A stretch of DNA of 60,397 bases from Patescibacteria group bacterium. GTDB taxonomy: Bacteria > Patescibacteriota > Patescibacteriia > Patescibacteriales > UBA12465. Location of the stretch: assembly GCA_041650715.1 (NCBI GenBank), contig JBAZKQ010000003.1:1-60397 (forward strand), read 5' to 3'. A program made the translations under genes and the position numbers. Positions 54,835-60,397 of the stretch are shown in pieces; the first letter of the stretch is position 1, and each line of letters begins with the position of its first letter. Below the pieces are notes generated by a model. The model was not told where the DNA came from, searched no databases, and saw only the letters and a program-made list of their open reading frames with translations.

Positions 54835-55350
54835 ATGGGCTTAATATAGCATACTTTGAGAATAAAAAAAGAGGCCCACGTCGGGCAGTTTTTATATAAA
54901 AAGATAAGAATATAATAGTATGCCTAGAGTGAGCCTCATTCCTTGATTTAGATGACCAAGGAAAAATGAAGACTCTTGCTGACTTTAGAGCTTATCCGAA
55001 CCAGCTCTTAGTAAATTAAATATTATTTATTATTTTAGGTTACAAGATGAGAACTAGTAAAAATTCTTTTTGTTTTTTATTAGTTTTTATCCTTTTTATT
55101 AACCTGTGATAATCTACTTAACAATTGGCACGTCAGCGTTGCCAAGAAAAGCTAGTTAAAGATCTACTCTTAGTATAGCACTTATAAATAATGTGGTCAA
55201 ATATCGTGGACTTAAGTCAATATAATTGAATAAGTTGTGGTAAATTAAACTAAAATTAGTTAAATTTTGACACGCAAAGAACTCAGGCTGTTGATTTAAG
55301 TCCAGGCTAACTTAGACTTAAATTAGGGTTTTATACACCGATAACACAAG

Positions 55351-55359
55351 TTATCCACA
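55351..55359. promoter_or_regulatory. Perfect DnaA-box 9-mer (TTATCCACA) with degenerate neighbours
   Basis: Exact consensus. TTATACACC lies 20 bp upstream (55331-55339, 2 mismatches). Confidence 0.3.
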
Positions 55360-55432
55360 GATTAGGCAAATTGTGTTGTTTATTTCTGACTAAAGGCTAA
55401 AACAAAAGCCCCGATTGGGGCTTTGTTAATTG

Positions 55433-55506
55433 AGGCTTGGGTGGGATTTGAACCCACGAATGGCAGTTTTGCAAACTGCAGCGTTAGACCACTTCGCCAC
55501 CAAGCC
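55433..55506 (-). tRNA. tRNA-Cys (anticodon GCA)
   Basis: 74-nt cloverleaf: acceptor GGCTTGG/CCAAGCC, anticodon loop TTGCAAA, T-arm GTGGG-TTCAAAT-CCCAC. Terminator hairpin at 55401-55428. Confidence 0.85.
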
Positions 55507-55543
55507 GATTATTCCTTTAAGTTCACTTGAATTTTAGCCTATC

Positions 55544-56596
55544 TTATTTAAGTTGTAAACTGGGATCGACCCGTAATTTGCTAAAGGTAGTCGTTTTTTG
55601 GTGTTTGAGCTTGAATACTGCGGCCGCCGCAATCATGGCGGCGTTATCGGTAGTATATTCCTGGGCAGGGACCAGAAAATTGACCCCTGACAGTTTAGCC
55701 TTAACCGCTAAGGCCAGACTTTCCCGTAATTCACGGTTCGCGCTTACCCCGCCCGAAAGCATCACTGTCTTAGCCTCCAATCTTTTTGCGGCCTTGATAG
55801 TTTTAGCCGTTAGTATATCAATAATTGCCTGTTGATAGGCAAAACAATATTCTGGAATACGGGTTTTCCATTTGGGATCCTTTTTTAATTGGTAGAGTAG
55901 GGCGGTTTTTAAGCCGGAGAAAGAAAAGTCTGAATTATTTGAGTTCAGCATGGGGCGCGGAAAATTGAGATTGCTCGCGGGAGTTAAACTATCCGGAAAA
56001 GATTTTTTATAATCATTAGCGTATTGAGAAACAATCGGCCCTCCCGGATAACCGAGGTTCATCATCTTCGCACCTTTGTCAAAGGCCTCGCCGGCCGCGT
56101 CATCCAGGGTTTCGCCAATTATTTTTATTTTATAGTCTTTAGTCATGGAAACTAAATTTGTATGGCCGCCCGAGACAGTTAGAATTAAAGCCGGAAATTT
56201 AATTTTTGTTTCCGGTTTAATAAAATTAGAATAAATATGGCCTTCGACATGATTTATCTCGATAATCGGAATATTCCAGGCAAAGGAGAGGGTGCGTACG
56301 GTCTCAATCCCGGTCATAAGCGAGGTTATGAGGCCTGGCCCTTTAGTAATTGCGAACACGTTAATTTTATTGTGGTCAATTTTCGCTTTAATTAGCGCCT
56401 CGTTTATAACTGGCAAAACATTAAGGACATGTTCACGAGCGGCTATCTCTGGTACGACGCCCCCATACTTTTTATGAATTTCGATTTGGGAAGAAATTAT
56501 GTTTGATAAAACTAAAATATGGCCGCTTTTTAGGTCGGCCTTAATTACGGAAGCGGCAGTTTCGTCGCAGCTGGTTTCAATACCAAGAATATACAT
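55544..56596 (-). CDS. tsaD: tRNA N6-adenosine threonylcarbamoyltransferase TsaD
   Basis: ILGIETSCDETAASV, HVEGHI, GGVSAN motifs. Confidence 0.9.
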   Translation of the reverse strand: MYILGIETSCDETAASVIKADLKSGHILVLSNIISSQIEIHKKYGGVVPEIAAREHVLNVLPVINEALIKAKIDHNKINVFAITKGPGLITSLMTGIETVRTLSFAWNIPIIEINHVEGHIYSNFIKPETKIKFPALILTVSGGHTNLVSMTKDYKIKIIGETLDDAAGEAFDKGAKMMNLGYPGGPIVSQYANDYKKSFPDSLTPASNLNFPRPMLNSNNSDFSFSGLKTALLYQLKKDPKWKTRIPEYCFAYQQAIIDILTAKTIKAAKRLEAKTVMLSGGVSANRELRESLALAVKAKLSGVNFLVPAQEYTTDNAAMIAAAAVFKLKHQKTTTFSKLRVDPSLQLK

Positions 56597-56649
56597 AAAG
56601 CTAATTGTAAAGCATTTTCGGAAAAAGACAAATTTGTAGCTTAATGGTA

Positions 56650-59600
56650 TTAATACTCAAAGGCCCCTATGTCCGGAGCGGAGCCGTTATAGGGCAGGCC
56701 GACGTTTATTCCTGCGTTTATAGCGGGAGATGTTGCTTGGAGATGAAAATCGGAAGAGATGAATAATGGATCAACCTTCAGATTGTTTTGCGTTGTATAA
56801 TTTAATGGATTGCCCACAGTGAATAATGGATTATTATTATTACCATTTCCAAACATAATATTATTGGATATATTTAATCCATTAATATTGGCGGCATTAC
56901 TTGCAGTGATTGCGGCTGATTCAAAGTTTTCTATTATATTATTAATTATATGAATATTTTTAGCAGAAGAACACACAGGTAATCCTATTCCCCAATAAGT
57001 ATTCGAAGTTAAGTTGTCTATAAATACATTATTATAAATAAACACGCCATCAACCGTATAATTTGTTATTCCTGAAGCACCTGAAAATAGAATTGCGTAT
57101 CCAAATTGATTATTAGACATTCCAATATTACTTCCTATATTATTATTAATAGTAATATTTTTTAATAAATTTCCGCTTCGTGGGATGAAACTTATGGGAA
57201 CGGCGAGATTCCTTAATGTATTATTAGAAATAATAACCGTGTCAGCATAATATTCAATATATATTCCTCTTTCTTCTTGAGATTGTACTGAATTGGGGCC
57301 GATTATGTTATCGTGTATGTTTGTGCCATAAGAATATGCTCCTTTCGTAATGTTATTTATATCAATAGACCCGACAATAGTATTATTGAAGATTTCAAGA
57401 CCAGATTCATTCCATAGTTCTACTGCAAAATCGAAAGTCATATTGTCGTAAGGTGCTTTTGTTAGATTATTAGAATAAATCTTTAATCCTTTATTGTATC
57501 CACTATTATAGAATTTTATATCATATCCATTATTACCCACCGTCCGACTATTTTGAATTAATTTATTATTATAAATTAACATTCCTTCTTGGCCCCCTAT
57601 CTGTAAATTTCCTCCACCCCCAATAAACGCCGCGGAGTTGCTTATTGTAGAATTATAAACCTGATTTCCAGTGGCATAAACAGTCGGAGCGGCATCAGCG
57701 TAATCTACTCTGCCACCAAAAGTAACACCTTGCAATAAAAAGTCTTTAACAATAATGTCATGAAATATGACCTTACTTCTTCCTCTAACGGCAATAGCAT
57801 ATTTAGCATTCATCCCACCATCAAGGGTTATTTCACTAATAGACTGATTTCCACTGGTGCCTTCCGACGGTGAAGCTAATTGAATAACCCCAATTCCTTC
57901 GCCGGCTGCTTGGTAGCTAGAAGAGATTAGCGCTGTATCCTTAGATGATCCCTTAATACTAACGCCAACGGCAAGGTTGCACTGCTTGGTTTCTGCATAT
58001 GTTCCCGCGTTAACATAGATAGTGGAACCAGCAGTTGTAACAGAACTGCATGCTTTGTAAAGAGTCTTCCAAGGGCTATTTATGGTTCCTTGGTTGGTGT
58101 CGTTTCCAGTGGGCGAGATGTAGTAAGTGTTCAGAGGGGAAGGAGCCAGGGTTATGGTTATCATTCGGCTCATAGGTGTCGAGATATTTCCAGCCGCATC
58201 TTTGGCCCAGGCGTAAAGAGTCTTTATGCCCTCAGTCGCGAAAGTATATACAGAAGGGGCAATAGTAGACCAAGAACTATTGTTCGCCAAAGGCACGGTG
58301 GCGCTTTCGGTAAGAAGAAAACCCGTCACCCCTAAATTATCGGTGGCAGTAAGGGCAGAGATAAGTACAGAAAGCATGGAAGAGGTGTTTGGAATATTGA
58401 AATTTAAAATTGAGGGCTTGGAAGTGTCAGCGGCATAATTACTTTCAAACGCCCCCATGTCAGGAGCTGACCCGCTATAGGGCAGGCCGACGTTCACGCC
58501 TTTATTTATTGCGGGCGACGTTGCTTGGAGCTGAAAGTTGCTTGCTGAGACAAAGAGGGGGTTTTGCTGAGTCGTATTGCTGGTCGGGATATTATTTGAA
58601 TAGCTGTAATTTATCATGGTGCCAATATTAGCCGGTAAGAAAAATGGCAGCACGTTGGCGTTACTTAGATTATAAGCGAGGTTATTTTCAATATGTAATC
58701 CGTCGATAGCGCCGTTATTAGCTATACGGATTGGACCCTGATTGGTAAAATAGGTGAGTATATTATTTTTAATGTTAATATTTTTTAAGTTGCCGCCGGC
58801 AATTTGGGTACTGCCCGAGTAGGTACCGGTAGTTAAATCAATCCCCGCCATGTGCACAATATTGTCAGTAACGAAAGTATTATTATAGATATTGAGATCG
58901 GATATTATCGAGGTTTCCCGGGCACTGATTCTTAACCCGCCATAATAAAAGCTCGAGCCATACATAAACGTCATGAGATTTCTATAAAATGAAATTGTCG
59001 TCAGATTTGAATATACATTGGTGGTGCTGTGGACGTTTAGAGGATAGAGCGCGTGGCTGAATACATTATCGTAAATTGAAACATTTTTAGAATATAGAGG
59101 GTATATTGAAACTCCATAATACCCATATTCAAATGTATTATTATAGACTAAAATATCGGACAATTCCACCACCGACTCAAGTACAATGGCATTTTTACCA
59201 CGATAGCTTGTTCGGACAGAACTTGAAATTGGGGTAAATAAATTACCGTGAATTGAGACAGAATAAGGATAAGAACCTTTATAGCTATGGCTTCCCCCAA
59301 TATCAATCGGAATATCGCCACCATGAAATTCGTTATTATATATTTCTAGTCCGCCTTCGATATCCCAAAACTCTAAGTGAAAATTCCAACCGGTCGGCAG
59401 TGAAATAGCAGTTGCGCCACTTGGGTTTAAATCTGCCCCTTCATCATCTGGCTTATAAGATTTATTGTTGTAATATTTTACATTTTTAAAATGTCGTCCG
59501 CCCGCATTCATAATGTTTCCGTTGTGGCCTTGTGCGCGACTGTTTTCCGTTAAAAGATTATCATGAATTAGCATGTCGCTTTGGGCGGTTATATAAATTA

Positions 59601-60397
59601 AGCCGCCACCGGACCAAGTGACATTATCTCCGGGGTAATCGCCGCAATTAGTGATGGTGGTGTTATATAATTCGTTACCCGTGTCGTAAGTGTAGGGTGG
59701 ATTAATTTGATAAATGCTCGGTCCCGAAAATGCGATGCCATTTTTATAAAAATTAGCAATTGTCAGATCGTGAACTTTTACATTACTTCTTTTTCTGATC
59801 AAGATACCGCCGGAACCTTGTAAATTATCTCCGTCTAATTTGAAGTTGCTTAAAGTTTGATTACCGTTAGTGGTTCCGGTGGCCGTGCTTACCAATGAAA
59901 TTGAAGCCGAAGTGAAGCCGCCTACGTTTGATGTTTTGTAGTGGCTTTTGATTATCGATGTAAGTCCCTCTCCTTCGATACTAACCCCAGCGGCAAGATT
60001 ACAGGGTAACGTCTCCGTATAGGTCCCGGCGTTAATGTGAATAGTATGGCCAGAAGTAGTGACACTGCTGCATGCTTTAGCCAATGATTTCCAGGGTTTA
60101 CTAAGGCTGCCGTCGCCAGTAGCATCATCCCCCGTAGCTGAAATATAGTGAGTATTGGCGGTATTGGTACTTGTCGTCACCACCACTTGCCGGCTCATGG
60201 CAGAAGAAATGTTGTCTGCTTCGTCAATGGCCCAAGCATATAAAGTTTTAGAGCCGGCGGAGGCAAAGGTATAGCTGGTCGGCGCAATTATTTTCCAGGC
60301 ACTGGAATTAACGGCCGGAGCCAGGGCTGTCTCGGTTAGGGCGTAACCGATAACCGCGGTGTTGTCAGAAGCGGTGAAAGCAAGAATCGGTATTGTC
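56650..60397 (-). CDS. Giant modular surface protein: repeated [Ig-like domain, right-handed parallel beta-helix, GLPY..SAPD.GAFE tail] modules; N-terminus lies outside the window
   Basis: The frame stays open from the first ATG (60198) to the window end, and that upstream translation repeats the Ig-like module. Many N-x-I/beta-helix rungs. Module period is 675 aa. Confidence 0.8.
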   Translation of the reverse strand, partial: TIPILAFTASDNTAVIGYALTETALAPAVNSSAWKIIAPTSYTFASAGSKTLYAWAIDEADNISSAMSRQVVVTTSTNTANTHYISATGDDATGDGSLSKPWKSLAKACSSVTTSGHTIHINAGTYTETLPCNLAAGVSIEGEGLTSIIKSHYKTSNVGGFTSASISLVSTATGTTNGNQTLSNFKLDGDNLQGSGGILIRKRSNVKVHDLTIANFYKNGIAFSGPSIYQINPPYTYDTGNELYNTTITNCGDYPGDNVTWSGGGLIYITAQSDMLIHDNLLTENSRAQGHNGNIMNAGGRHFKNVKYYNNKSYKPDDEGADLNPSGATAISLPTGWNFHLEFWDIEGGLEIYNNEFHGGDIPIDIGGSHSYKGSYPYSVSIHGNLFTPISSSVRTSYRGKNAIVLESVVELSDILVYNNTFEYGYYGVSIYPLYSKNVSIYDNVFSHALYPLNVHSTTNVYSNLTTISFYRNLMTFMYGSSFYYGGLRISARETSIISDLNIYNNTFVTDNIVHMAGIDLTTGTYSGSTQIAGGNLKNINIKNNILTYFTNQGPIRIANNGAIDGLHIENNLAYNLSNANVLPFFLPANIGTMINYSYSNNIPTSNTTQQNPLFVSASNFQLQATSPAINKGVNVGLPYSGSAPDMGAFESNYAADTSKPSILNFNIPNTSSMLSVLISALTATDNLGVTGFLLTESATVPLANNSSWSTIAPSVYTFATEGIKTLYAWAKDAAGNISTPMSRMITITLAPSPLNTYYISPTGNDTNQGTINSPWKTLYKACSSVTTAGSTIYVNAGTYAETKQCNLAVGVSIKGSSKDTALISSSYQAAGEGIGVIQLASPSEGTSGNQSISEITLDGGMNAKYAIAVRGRSKVIFHDIIVKDFLLQGVTFGGRVDYADAAPTVYATGNQVYNSTISNSAAFIGGGGNLQIGGQEGMLIYNNKLIQNSRTVGNNGYDIKFYNSGYNKGLKIYSNNLTKAPYDNMTFDFAVELWNESGLEIFNNTIVGSIDINNITKGAYSYGTNIHDNIIGPNSVQSQEERGIYIEYYADTVIISNNTLRNLAVPISFIPRSGNLLKNITINNNIGSNIGMSNNQFGYAILFSGASGITNYTVDGVFIYNNVFIDNLTSNTYWGIGLPVCSSAKNIHIINNIIENFESAAITASNAANINGLNISNNIMFGNGNNNNPLFTVGNPLNYTTQNNLKVDPLFISSDFHLQATSPAINAGINVGLPYNGSAPDIGAFEY

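Noticed and set aside
54835-55432. Chromosomal replication origin (oriC)
   Set aside because: There is only one perfect DnaA box. No dnaA/dnaN gene is nearby, and genes on both sides are on the same (minus) strand, so there is no strand-bias switch. Kept only as a low-interest observation.

Overview
AT-rich bacterial chromosome segment. Gene content and style suggest a small-genome Candidate Phyla Radiation (Patescibacteria)-like organism; that lineage call is inference only. Standard genetic code: TGA is used as a stop at 13235-13237 and 41882-41884. The window starts inside the 5' end of a 16S rRNA gene (minus strand). It carries translation and housekeeping genes (infC-rpmI-rplT, secG, RNase J, trxB, lgt, ppsA, smc, rplS, tsaE, lspA, efp, rpsR-ssb-rpsF, ychF, tsaD), 11 tRNA genes and many envelope/glycosylation genes. 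Items worth a second look: (1) tRNA-3'-end-derived direct/inverted repeat cassettes with GC-rich hairpin cores, downstream of tRNA-Ala (two tandem units) and tRNA-Gly (one unit). (2) A tandem array of six VirB2/TrbC-like pilin paralogs plus a seventh orphan copy, with no secretion ATPase in the window. (3) A translationally coupled NOX/ferric-reductase-like membrane flavocytochrome and an anchored protein with two cytochrome-b5 domains. (4) An SMC protein with no recognisable hinge and matched ~90-aa duplications in both coiled-coil arms. (5) A promoter-to-terminator stand-alone structured sRNA candidate. (6) A modular giant beta-helix surface protein running off the window end. No CRISPR array, transposase or integrase gene was seen.
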